Position numbers and translations under genes: made by a program. A stretch of 64,000 bases of DNA from Candidatus Omnitrophota bacterium (GTDB taxonomy: Bacteria; Omnitrophota; Gorgyraeia; Gygaellales; Profunditerraquicolaceae): the NCBI GenBank assembly GCA_029561735.1, contig JAKQWZ010000064.1, positions 3,583-67,582 of the forward strand, in the 5' to 3' direction. Below are positions 16,403 through 25,178 of the stretch, piece after piece. Positions within the stretch are counted from its first letter, which is position 1; each line of letters begins with the position of its first letter. The notes beneath the pieces are model-generated. The model was not told the DNA's origin. It searched no databases and saw only the letters and a program-made list of their open reading frames with translations.

Positions 16403-16820
16403 TCCTCAATGGAAAATCTCCTTGCGGCCAGTCTTCAGCCAAAAGAAGCCTTTTTAAATTGGGATGATTCTTAAAATTTATCCCGAGCATCTCCCAGATT
16501 TCGCGCTCAATCCATTCTGCCCCGGAGAAAACCGGAGTAATTGAATCAATTTCAGGGTGCTTTCTATCTTCAAGCATCGTTTTTATAGAATATACTTCGC
16601 CTGCCGGGTCATACATAAAATGATACACTATCTCAAGCCCGGCTGGCGTATCCGTGCCTGAAGCAGTGGAGAACCTTAAGCCCAGCTCTTTGAATAAGAG
16701 GCGCGCAACGCCGAAAATATTGGCTTTATTTATCGCAAAATAGATTCTTCGCGCAGAAGGCTCTTTCCAATCCAGGATTTTATCGCCTAACCTCTCTTTG
16801 ATCCTCTCTCTGATATCCAT
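16386..16820 (-). CDS. Hydrogenase subunit, NuoC/EchD-like
   Basis: 144 aa. ...AEWIEREIWEMLGINFKNHP matches the NuoC family C-terminal motif. Confidence 0.8.
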   Translation of the reverse strand: MDIRERIKERLGDKILDWKEPSARRIYFAINKANIFGVARLLFKELGLRFSTASGTDTPAGLEIVYHFMYDPAGEVYSIKTMLEDRKHPEIDSITPVFSGAEWIEREIWEMLGINFKNHPNLKRLLLAEDWPQGDFPLRNEHES

Positions 16821-16823
16821 AAG

Positions 16824-17249
16824 TTACTTACCCTTATTTATCTTTTTTACCAGTTTTGTAATACCCGCAATTATTGCCTCGGGCTTCGGAGGGCAGCCCG
16901 GGATATAAAGATCAACCGGCAATATCTCATCAAGCGGCTCTCTGACATTGTAACTATAGCGAAACATATGCTGGGAAAGCGCGCATTGGCCGACAGCAAC
17001 CACTACGCACGGTTTAGGCGCCTGCTCATAGATTTTTTTCATCCTCGGCACGGACTTTCTATTCATAGCTCCGGTAATCAACAAAGCGTCGGCATGCCTG
17101 ACCGAACCGATCAATTGCACGCCAAAACGCTCTATATCATGCCTGGGCGTAAAACAATCAAGAATTTCAATATCGCAGTTATTACATGATCCGCAGCTTA
17201 TATGAAAAACCCAGATCGACTTAGTTAATGCTTTAGTTTTTATGCTCAT
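16824..17249 (-). CDS. [NiFe] hydrogenase small subunit, NuoB/EchC-like
   Basis: 141 aa. CGSCNNCDIE, GQCA and IPGCPPKPE provide the ligands of the proximal [4Fe-4S] cluster. Confidence 0.9.
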   Translation of the reverse strand: MSIKTKALTKSIWVFHISCGSCNNCDIEILDCFTPRHDIERFGVQLIGSVRHADALLITGAMNRKSVPRMKKIYEQAPKPCVVVAVGQCALSQHMFRYSYNVREPLDEILPVDLYIPGCPPKPEAIIAGITKLVKKINKGK

Positions 17250-18160
17250 TATAACCCCACGGCAGCCAGTATAACGCTAATAACAGCCATTATCGTAACC
17301 GGGCCCCAGAAAAATCTTAACGCCTGATCAATACGTATACGGGGATTTGTGTTCTTAATCAAGACAGCTAACAATACTATACCGATATATTTAGGAATAA
17401 GCAACATCCATCCCAGGTCTTTGCCCATAAATAGACAAATAAGCAATAAAGGCATAGTGTATAGAAGAACGGCTTTGGTCAATTTAAATACAGCCAGAAG
17501 CGGTCCGGAATATTCTATTAAAGTCCCGCCCATGATCTCCTGCTCTGCCTCTGATATGTCAAAGGGGGCAAAACCTAATTTAGCCTGCATGGCAAAAAAT
17601 GCCGCAATAAAAGCCAGCGCACCTGAAAACGAGAATATGTTTGAGCCAAAACTGGCCTGATAATTGATTATCGACCCCAGCTGGATAGAATCCTGGCATC
17701 TTATAATTACCGCGATTAATGATAAAATAAAAGGCAGCTCATACCCTAAAATCAGCTTCATTTCACGGCTGGCGCCGACTGACGCCAGAGGATTGCGCGA
17801 GCTCGAAGCGCCGATCATCATGGAAACAGCCGGCATAGTCAAAAGATAAAGTATGACTATAATATCTGCGTAGAAGCTTTCCGAAGGCCAGAGCATCACT
17901 TTACCTAATACAGTAGCTGCTAGGACCAGGCTTAAAAACCCAAGATAAGGCGACAGGATAAAAGTCCAGCGGCTGCTGCGCGGGATTATAGTTTCTTTGC
18001 CAAAAAGCTTGGCTATATCAATAAAATTCTGGTACCATGGCGGGCCGACGCGCCATTGCAGGCGTGCGGATATTTTACGGTCAAACCATCCGGCCAGCAG
18101 GCCGACGCAGACGGCAGTCAGTAATCCCGGGAATACCAGAAAATTTAACAGAATCTTCAT
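17249..18160 (-). CDS. Membrane subunit NuoH/EchB/HycD-like
   Basis: 303 aa and 8 TM helices. RLQWRVGP, PFDISEAEQEI and EYSG motifs are of NuoH type. Confidence 0.85.
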   Translation of the reverse strand: MKILLNFLVFPGLLTAVCVGLLAGWFDRKISARLQWRVGPPWYQNFIDIAKLFGKETIIPRSSRWTFILSPYLGFLSLVLAATVLGKVMLWPSESFYADIIVILYLLTMPAVSMMIGASSSRNPLASVGASREMKLILGYELPFILSLIAVIIRCQDSIQLGSIINYQASFGSNIFSFSGALAFIAAFFAMQAKLGFAPFDISEAEQEIMGGTLIEYSGPLLAVFKLTKAVLLYTMPLLLICLFMGKDLGWMLLIPKYIGIVLLAVLIKNTNPRIRIDQALRFFWGPVTIMAVISVILAAVGL

Positions 18161-18191
18161 ATTAGTTTAAGCTAAAAGTCCGGATTTGTTA

Positions 18192-18689
18192 TTACTTCTT
18201 CTTTGGCTGCGCCTTTATGTCCTCTCTGGACCACTGCCTGGTATGCACAGCCAGGTGTTCTCCGACAAAATATATATCCTGCTCTAAATCCTCTTCAACA
18301 TCCTTAATCTCTACTGCTTTTTTAGGGCAAGTTGTAATGCACTTAGGAAGCCTGCCCTTCTGCCCGACGCAAAAATCGCATTTTGAATCTAAATATGGTA
18401 TAAAATCCTGGAATATCACCCCGAACGGGCAAGCCAATGAACAAGATTTACAACTCGTACAACGCATTTTATAACGCTTAATATGCCCTTCGCCGGTACG
18501 CTCAAGCGCGTTATGATAACAGGCGTTAACGCAGGGCGCCTGTTCGCAATGCCGGCAGATAGTGGCAAATGTTGCATATTCCCTTAAATTAGCAATGCCA
18601 TTATTCTGCGGATGATAAAAATAATCGCAGGCAACCTTACACTCTCTGCAAGTGCTGCAAATCTCCAAATCAATGAATAAGCGCGCCAT
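18192..18689 (-). CDS. 4Fe-4S dicluster ferredoxin-like subunit (HycB-like)
   Basis: 165 aa with several CxxCxxCxxxC(P) motifs (CSTCRECKVAC, CRHCEQAPC, CTSCKSCSLACP, CDFC...CPKKA). Confidence 0.8.
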   Translation of the reverse strand: MARLFIDLEICSTCRECKVACDYFYHPQNNGIANLREYATFATICRHCEQAPCVNACYHNALERTGEGHIKRYKMRCTSCKSCSLACPFGVIFQDFIPYLDSKCDFCVGQKGRLPKCITTCPKKAVEIKDVEEDLEQDIYFVGEHLAVHTRQWSREDIKAQPKKK

Positions 18690-18695
18690 ATTTAT

Positions 18696-19511
18696 TTAAT
18701 CCCAGATATCATGGGTATCTTTTAGTTCTTCGTAAGTAAATACCGGGCCGTCTTTGCATATGTAGAATTTGCCTATACGGCAATGCCCGCATTTGCCCAA
18801 CCCGCAGGACATTGATTTCTCCATTGAAAGATATATATCCGCAGGGGCAAAACCTAAATCGAGCAGCTTAAGCGTAACAAACTTCATCATAATCGGCGGC
18901 CCGCAGACAATTGCAACCGCCTTTTTCATATCTATAGGTAGGTCATTCAATACCGTGGTAATCAACCCCACATGCCCTGTCCAAGAAGGGTCTCCTACAT
19001 CAACGGTAGTCAGCCAGTCTACCCTCTCTTTGGCAGCCCAAACCGGGATCTGGTCTTTATAAATGATATCCTGTGCAGTGCGGGCGCCGTAACGAAATAC
19101 TATCTTATTATACTTATTAATATCGGCGAATAATCCGAACAAAAGCGCCCTCAGCGGAGCCAGACCCACCCCGCCTCCGACGATCAAAACATCTTTACCT
19201 TCAAATTTATGCAAAGGGTACCCTTTTCCATACGGGCCGCGGATACCTAAAGAAATGTTTTTGGGGGAATTATGCAGTAAAGAAGTAACCTTCCCGGCAT
19301 TCATTATAGTTACGTCTATCTTCTCTTTTACTGCCGGGTCCGATGACGGAGTAAACGGGGCCTCCCCTATGCCGGGCAGGGTCAATTCAATAAACTGGCC
19401 GCATTTAAAATCAAAACGTTCTTTTGGGCGTATAACAAAAGTTTTGATTTTGGAGGATTCGGTAATAATATTTTCCAGCACGCCCTCAATAGGTTTATAG
19501 ATATTTTTCAT
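18696..19511 (-). CDS. FAD/NAD(P)-binding oxidoreductase with C-terminal [2Fe-2S] (HydG / AsrB / PyrK-like)
   Basis: 271 aa. FNR-like fold motifs (APFTPSS, LIVGGGVGLAPL) and a C-terminal CGLGKCGHC cluster motif. Confidence 0.8.
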   Translation of the reverse strand: MKNIYKPIEGVLENIITESSKIKTFVIRPKERFDFKCGQFIELTLPGIGEAPFTPSSDPAVKEKIDVTIMNAGKVTSLLHNSPKNISLGIRGPYGKGYPLHKFEGKDVLIVGGGVGLAPLRALLFGLFADINKYNKIVFRYGARTAQDIIYKDQIPVWAAKERVDWLTTVDVGDPSWTGHVGLITTVLNDLPIDMKKAVAIVCGPPIMMKFVTLKLLDLGFAPADIYLSMEKSMSCGLGKCGHCRIGKFYICKDGPVFTYEELKDTHDIWD

Positions 19512-20569
19512 TGCGCGAGATTCAACTTTTTTGCCAGGTCTTTTAACACTTCCCTGATGTCAATCTTGCCCGGGCATACTTCAATACATCTGCCGCAACC
19601 GCAGCATCCCGGGATCTTAAGATGTTCAAAGAAAAAATCAAATTTCTTAGTAAACCTGAAACGCAGGCGCTGCGCGCGCATCTTATTAGGATTAGCGCCC
19701 CCGGCAACCCGGGCATAATTTGCATAGAGACAGGAATCCCACATCTTGACTTTTTCGTTTACGCCTGCTGACTTACGGTCTTCAAGTAAAAAACAATGGC
19801 AGGTATCACAGATCAAATTGCATCCACCGCATTCAACGCAAGTCTGCATAAACTGGCTCCATGTATCAAGGCTGAATCCCTCTTTAATCAGGCGCTGCTG
19901 TATTGACGTCGGCGGGATGTTTTTCGGAGCCAATTCTCTTTTTAACCTTTCAATCAGGTTATTTCTTTTTGCCAGGCGCGCAGCTATCTGGGTATCTTTG
20001 GCAACTGCAAAATATTCCGGGTAATTATTTACAAGTTCCTGCCCTTTTTCAGAGCCGATCTCGGCTAAAAAACCGTCATTAAGTGGGGATAGGTTCATAT
20101 CAAAGCCGGTTGTCGGATGCGGTAAAACATCCATACTCAGGCAAAAGCAAACTTCTTTAAAAGCAGTGCAATCGCTGGAAATTAATATCGTATTTTCTCT
20201 TCTGGCGCGGTACAGCGATTCTTCGGCGGCTCCTTCCAGAAAAACAAAATCCTGAATACGGTGCGCCTGGATATCGCAGCTTTTTACCCCGAATATTATA
20301 ACCTGCCCTAAATCCTTCAAATTATCTTCACAAGCAAAATAATCCGCGGCTTTTTCCTTGGCCAAGGTAAAGAACGATTTAAGCGGCTCAACACAGCGGT
20401 AAGGGTTAAATAGCAGAGTGTCTTTAGCAGCGGTTTTTTGAAAAGAATAATCCACTTCCTTGGTATAATTCTGCGGTTTGGCTGCAGGAGAAAATACCGT
20501 ATAATTATCTCTTAGCCGCTCCACAAGGAAAGAGAGTTTATCTGTAGCAATAAAATATACCTTATTCAT
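19508..20569 (-). CDS. Fe-S subunit, sulfhydrogenase beta (HydB) / AsrA-like
   Basis: 353 aa. CVECGGCNLICDTCHC and CCGCGRCIEVCP motifs. It overlaps the next gene by 4 nt. Confidence 0.7.
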   Translation of the reverse strand: MNKVYFIATDKLSFLVERLRDNYTVFSPAAKPQNYTKEVDYSFQKTAAKDTLLFNPYRCVEPLKSFFTLAKEKAADYFACEDNLKDLGQVIIFGVKSCDIQAHRIQDFVFLEGAAEESLYRARRENTILISSDCTAFKEVCFCLSMDVLPHPTTGFDMNLSPLNDGFLAEIGSEKGQELVNNYPEYFAVAKDTQIAARLAKRNNLIERLKRELAPKNIPPTSIQQRLIKEGFSLDTWSQFMQTCVECGGCNLICDTCHCFLLEDRKSAGVNEKVKMWDSCLYANYARVAGGANPNKMRAQRLRFRFTKKFDFFFEHLKIPGCCGCGRCIEVCPGKIDIREVLKDLAKKLNLAQ

Positions 20570-20601
20570 TGATTTTGGTTTTACTAAAAAGAGGGAATAA
20601 C

Positions 20602-20621
20602 TTTGTGAAAAATATCACAAA
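20602..20621. promoter_or_regulatory. Perfect CRP-type palindrome TTTGTGA-N6-TCACAAA in the hydrogenase operon leader
   Basis: The plus strand reads TTTGTGAAAAATATCACAAA. The core TGTGA-N6-TCACA equals the CRP consensus half-sites. The centre is about 42 nt upstream of the ATG at 20569. Confidence 0.55.
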
Positions 20622-20651
20622 TATGCCCTAAAAAAAATATTTCGTGCTATA

Positions 20652-20680
20652 AATATACATTACCTGCCTATTTTTGTCAA
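20652..20680 (-). promoter_or_regulatory. Sigma-70-type promoter of the hydrogenase operon
   Basis: Minus strand TTGACA-17 nt-TATATT, about 85 nt upstream of the first gene. Confidence 0.6.
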
Positions 20681-20691
20681 GAAGATATTCT

Positions 20692-21144
20692 CTACTTCGC
20701 CCCGGAGAGCTTTTGCCTTACCAGATCGCTGACCAGCTTACCGTCTGCTTTTCCGGCTACACGGATATTTACCTCTTTCATCACTTTGCCCATATCTTTA
20801 ATATCAACTGCGCCTACTGCAGCAATAATCTCTTCTACAACTTTTTTGACTTCCTCCAGGACCATCTGCGCGGGCAGATAGGTTTTTAAGATCTCCAGCT
20901 CTTTTTTTTCTTTCTCCGCCATTTCCGGGCGGTTGCCTTTTGTAAAGGCCTCAATAGAATCATCGCGCTGCTTCATCTGCTTTCTAATCACAACGATTAT
21001 ATCATTATCGTCAAGCTTATTCTTTTTTTTGGCAATAGCCGCATTCATAAACTCTGCACGCAGGCAGCTAAGTACGGAAGTCTTTAAAGTATCCCTGCTT
21101 TTCATCGCTTCTTTGTAATCACTTAATATTCTTTCTTCAATCAT
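20692..21144 (-). CDS. GatB/YqeY domain protein
   Basis: 150 aa. The pattern L..YKEAMKSRD...LR resembles YqeY. Confidence 0.75.
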   Translation of the reverse strand: MIEERILSDYKEAMKSRDTLKTSVLSCLRAEFMNAAIAKKKNKLDDNDIIVVIRKQMKQRDDSIEAFTKGNRPEMAEKEKKELEILKTYLPAQMVLEEVKKVVEEIIAAVGAVDIKDMGKVMKEVNIRVAGKADGKLVSDLVRQKLSGAK

Positions 21145-21162
21145 ATTTATCCTCCGGATAGT

Positions 21163-22059
21163 TTAAAAAAGGCATTTCTTAAAAAAGCCCAGCCTTGAAT
21201 CCAGCTTTTTCAATGTCAACCGGTGCGTCTTGTCCGTGCCAAAATCTTCAATATTAAACGAAGCGGCTACTGTGCCGTATTCAAGGGCCAATTTTATATT
21301 CTGACGGCTCAAAACTTTTGTCCGGCTCAAATAACCCATGAATGCTCCGGCAAATGTATCCCCTGCCCCGGTAGGGTCAATAACGTCTTCAGCCGGATAC
21401 GCCGGAAGTGCTAGCATAAATTTATCGCTGTAAAAAAATACCCCGTGTTCGCCTTTCTTAACCAGCACCATCTTAGGGCCGATACAAGATAAAGATTTGG
21501 CTGCTTTAATCAGGTTATCCTCTCCGGATAAGCTTCTTGCCTCCTGGTCATTAGCCACGAAGATGTCTACTTTGTTAAGCACCTTGAGCAAGGCAGGGCG
21601 TTTAGTATCTATCCAGTAATTCATGCTGTCTAGGCCGATAAGCCGGGGTTTACGCATAGAGGCCAATAAACTAAGCTGAATATCCGGATCAACATTTGCC
21701 AGAAACACATTTTTTATTTCTTTCTGGCGATCGGAAATAACCGGCTTAAATGAAGCCAGCACCCCCAATTCGGTATTAAGGGTAAATGCGGTATTTAAAT
21801 CTCCCTTGTATTCACCTGACCAGCTAAAAGTCTTTCCGCTTTCCCGGATCAGTGAATCAACTATCAAGCCCTTGCCTTTTAAGAAATTCACGTGCTTAAC
21901 CGGAAAATCTTCCCCTACAACCGCTACCAGATGCACGTCAGTAAAAAGCCGCGCTGACATGGAAAAATGAGTAGCCGAACCACCGAGCATCTTTTTTCTT
22001 TCTCCGTGCGGGGTCTTAACAGTATCCAGCGCCACTGTACCTAAAACAAGTAAGCTCAT
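21163..22059 (-). CDS. PfkB-family carbohydrate kinase
   Basis: 298 aa. DPTGAGDTFAGAF matches the ribokinase/PfkB signature 2. Confidence 0.85.
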   Translation of the reverse strand: MSLLVLGTVALDTVKTPHGERKKMLGGSATHFSMSARLFTDVHLVAVVGEDFPVKHVNFLKGKGLIVDSLIRESGKTFSWSGEYKGDLNTAFTLNTELGVLASFKPVISDRQKEIKNVFLANVDPDIQLSLLASMRKPRLIGLDSMNYWIDTKRPALLKVLNKVDIFVANDQEARSLSGEDNLIKAAKSLSCIGPKMVLVKKGEHGVFFYSDKFMLALPAYPAEDVIDPTGAGDTFAGAFMGYLSRTKVLSRQNIKLALEYGTVAASFNIEDFGTDKTHRLTLKKLDSRLGFFKKCLF

Positions 22060-22538
22060 TTTTTATATTTTGACAAATAAACTTTAGTATACAAAAAAAA
22101 GATTGAGGCCACTGAAATAACCGGGATCAATACTCCCGCTGCAATATCAACTGCATGATGCACTCCGGTATAAACCCTTGAAATGCCTACAAAAAAAGAC
22201 ACTCCCCATAACAATAACCCGATGCGTTTATTAAAAATAAAGATTACGGCAGAAATTGTAGAAACCAGTAATGTATGATGCGAAGGAAAACCATTATCCG
22301 GTTTATGGTAAATCAAGGGCTCAAATTGCCCGAGGACAAACGGCCTGGGGCTGTAGTAAAGGCGGCCGGCAATTTCAGAAAGAACAAAAATCAAAGGCAG
22401 GCATATGCAAATAAAGATTATAAACTCTTTTTGTTTAGGCCTGGGCTGGCAAAGAAACCAGGCAAAAGCAACAATGGCCACAAACAAGTATAGGTATTTT
22501 GCTCCAAAAATAAAGATAAAATCCGCAATATGATTCAT
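22056..22538 (-). CDS. PAP2-family phosphatase (membrane)
   Basis: 160 aa. KxxxxxxRP-like, FPSHHT and SRVYTGVHHAVD motifs. Confidence 0.8.
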   Translation of the reverse strand: MNHIADFIFIFGAKYLYLFVAIVAFAWFLCQPRPKQKEFIIFICICLPLIFVLSEIAGRLYYSPRPFVLGQFEPLIYHKPDNGFPSHHTLLVSTISAVIFIFNKRIGLLLWGVSFFVGISRVYTGVHHAVDIAAGVLIPVISVASIFFLYTKVYLSKYKK

Positions 22539-22539
22539 T

Positions 22540-23166
22540 TTAGCTATGGCTATCCAGGAATTTTTTCAGATCCTGCGGCAGTCCGGTATCAATATGTATT
22601 TTTTTTCCTGTAAGCGGATGCATAAATTCCACGCTCCGGGCATGCAGGCAAAGCCTTTTGGAACGCAATTGATAATCACGGCGAAAAACAAATTTTGATT
22701 CGCCTACCAAAGGATAGCCTATCTGCTTAAAGTGGATCCTTATCTGATTAGTGCGCCCGGTCAATGGATTTACTTCTACTATAGCAAAATTACTTCTTTG
22801 TTCAATAACTTTGTAACCGGTAACAGCAGGCATGCCTTCAATACTGTTTTTGATTTCCCCTCTTTCAGAGGCCAGCCTGCCGTGCACAAAAGCCAGATAA
22901 CTTTTCTTTACTGCCCTGGCCTTAAATAATTCCATTACCTTACGCTGTAAAGACTTTCCTTTTGCGTAAATTATTACTCCGGAAGTTTCCCGGTCAAGCC
23001 TGTGGCAGGGATGGGCTAGCGAAAGTTCACCTTTTTCTTTTAAATAGCTATCAAGTATGCTGCCTAATGTGCGTTTTTCTTTTTTCGGGGTAGGGATAGT
23101 CAATAACCCGGATGGCTTATCAACTATCAGAAGCGAAGCGTCCTCATAGAGGACAGGGATATTCAT
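22540..23166 (-). CDS. RluA-family pseudouridine synthase
   Basis: 208 aa with the catalytic motif HRLDRETSGVIIYAK. Confidence 0.85.
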   Translation of the reverse strand: MNIPVLYEDASLLIVDKPSGLLTIPTPKKEKRTLGSILDSYLKEKGELSLAHPCHRLDRETSGVIIYAKGKSLQRKVMELFKARAVKKSYLAFVHGRLASERGEIKNSIEGMPAVTGYKVIEQRSNFAIVEVNPLTGRTNQIRIHFKQIGYPLVGESKFVFRRDYQLRSKRLCLHARSVEFMHPLTGKKIHIDTGLPQDLKKFLDSHS

Positions 23167-24110
23167 TATATTATCTCAAGCATCCGGTCGATTGCTTTTT
23201 TAGCGCGCAGGCGCACATCGTCGCTTACCCGGACCTCCTCCTTCATTTCCTCTAAAGCCCAGAGAATCTTCTCTTCTGTGGTCCTTTTCATGTTCGGGCA
23301 TACTGCACGCTCCGAAGCCGGATAAAATTCCTTGGTCGGGTTATCTTGCTTAAGCCTGTAGACCAAGCCCACCTCTGTCCCGACAATAAATTCCTTTGTT
23401 TCGGTTGCTTTGACAAATTTAGACATCTGGCTTGTAGAAAGCACGGCATCAGCCATAGAAAGTACCGCGGGCAAGCATTCCGGATGGGCCATAACCTTGG
23501 CGAAAGGATGGAATTTTTTCTCCCTTTTAATGTCTTCGGGTAAAATCTTTATATGCGTCGGACAGAAGCCATTCCAAACTATCAGCTTCCTTCCGGTAAC
23601 CTTAGTAACATAATCGGCAAGATATTTATCCGGAATAAAAATTATCTCTTTTTTCCCTTTTAGAAAATCCACCACACCGACAGCATTTGTCGAAGTGCAA
23701 CAATAATCAAGTTCTGCCTTAATCTCAGCCGAAGTATTCACATATCCGACCACCACAGCTTCCGGATGTTCTTTCTTAAGTTTTCGCAAGTCTGAAACAG
23801 AAATCATATTTGCCATAGGGCAAGCCGCATTAATATCCGGCATGATCACTTTCTTATCCGGGCAAAGTATTGAAGCAGTCTCAGCCATAAAATGCACGCC
23901 GCAAAATACTATCACTTTAGCGCTTGTCTTGGCTGCCTGACGGCTAAGTTCCAGCGAATCTCCGCGAAAATCCGCCACATCCTGGACCTCCGGAAGTTGG
24001 TAATTATGCGCCAGGATTACGGCATTTCTTTTTTTCTTCAATTCAAGTATTTTCTTATCTAAATCCTGTTTTATCTTATTCTTTAACATTTTTATCTTCC
24101 ACCTTATCAA
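23166..24110 (-). CDS. nadA: Quinolinate synthase
   Basis: 314 aa. AVILAHNYQ, three conserved Cys regions and length fit NadA. The start may be ATG 24089 (MLKNKIK). Either start overlaps the mnmA end. Confidence 0.85.
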   Translation of the reverse strand: MIRWKIKMLKNKIKQDLDKKILELKKKRNAVILAHNYQLPEVQDVADFRGDSLELSRQAAKTSAKVIVFCGVHFMAETASILCPDKKVIMPDINAACPMANMISVSDLRKLKKEHPEAVVVGYVNTSAEIKAELDYCCTSTNAVGVVDFLKGKKEIIFIPDKYLADYVTKVTGRKLIVWNGFCPTHIKILPEDIKREKKFHPFAKVMAHPECLPAVLSMADAVLSTSQMSKFVKATETKEFIVGTEVGLVYRLKQDNPTKEFYPASERAVCPNMKRTTEEKILWALEEMKEEVRVSDDVRLRAKKAIDRMLEII

Positions 24111-25149
24111 TTATTCCTCCGCCATATACTTGATCGCCTTTGTAGAAAACGGCTGACTGGCCGGGAGTTATTGAAAACTGCGGTTTTCTAAACCTGACCA
24201 TAAGTTTATTTTTAAACGGGATAATTTCGGCAGGCGATTCTGCATGATTATATCTTATCTTAACCTTTAAAGCAACTTTCTTTTTTATCCTGCCGCATAG
24301 ATAGTGCGGATCCTTAACCAGAAAAACGCTTTTAAAAGCATCCTGCTTTGGGCCGACAATAATACGGTTATTCCGGCAGTCCAGCTTAATAACGTAGACC
24401 GGATACCCTCTGGCAATTCCTAATCCTTCGCGCTGGCCTATAGTATAAAACGGAATACCTTTATGCGTGCCTAAAATATTCCCCTGAACATCTACGACTT
24501 TGCCCGGCTTATTTTCTACGCCGGCATAACTTCTTAGGAATTCACGGTAATTGTTCCCGGGGAGAAAGCATATCTCCTGGCTTCCCGGCTTATCAGCTAC
24601 AGATAAACCGTAATTTCTTGCCAGGCGGCGCACCTGATCTTTAGTATATTCGCCTAAAGGAAATAGAATATGTTTTAACTGGTCCGGTTTAATACGATAG
24701 ATAAAATAAGACTGGTCTTTCTTTAAGTCCCTGGCTTTTTTAAGCAGCCCATTTTCTATTCTCGCATAGTGCCCTGTAGCAAGAAATCCGGCGTCCAGCG
24801 ACCTAGCTTTATTCAGCAATAAATCAAACTTGAGGAACTGATTGCATTTTACGCAAGGGTTCGGAGTACGCCCGGATAAATATTCTTTGCAAAAATCTTT
24901 AATCACGCGCTCTTCAAGTTGCTTCTTCATATTTAACACATAGTGGCGTATACCCAGTTTATATGCGACTCTTGCGGCATCGCCTATACTTTCAACGCTG
25001 CAACATGGGGATTTGCGCTTATTCCCGGCAGCCAGATTGAAACACATAGTAATACCTATAACTTCGTATCCCCGGCTCTTTAAAAGCGCCGCAGCAACCG
25101 AAGAATCCACTCCACCGCTCATTGCCACTACTACACGATCTTTGATCAT
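24076..25149 (-). CDS. mnmA: tRNA 2-thiouridine(34) synthase
   Basis: 357 aa. PP-loop VAMSGGVDSSVAA, CVKCN and typical C-terminal barrel motifs. Confidence 0.9.
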   Translation of the reverse strand: MIKDRVVVAMSGGVDSSVAAALLKSRGYEVIGITMCFNLAAGNKRKSPCCSVESIGDAARVAYKLGIRHYVLNMKKQLEERVIKDFCKEYLSGRTPNPCVKCNQFLKFDLLLNKARSLDAGFLATGHYARIENGLLKKARDLKKDQSYFIYRIKPDQLKHILFPLGEYTKDQVRRLARNYGLSVADKPGSQEICFLPGNNYREFLRSYAGVENKPGKVVDVQGNILGTHKGIPFYTIGQREGLGIARGYPVYVIKLDCRNNRIIVGPKQDAFKSVFLVKDPHYLCGRIKKKVALKVKIRYNHAESPAEIIPFKNKLMVRFRKPQFSITPGQSAVFYKGDQVYGGGIIDKVEDKNVKE

Positions 25150-25178
25150 AGCTTTATTATATCAATAAGGCGGTACAC

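Noticed and set aside
15203-18160. Interpretation of the NuoB/C/D/H-like genes as a partial respiratory complex I
   Set aside because: The NuoD-like protein retains both CxxC pairs of the [NiFe] site (RICGICSSSH, DPCYCCTER). NuoA/J/K and NuoE/F/G equivalents are absent. This fits a group-4 hydrogenase better.
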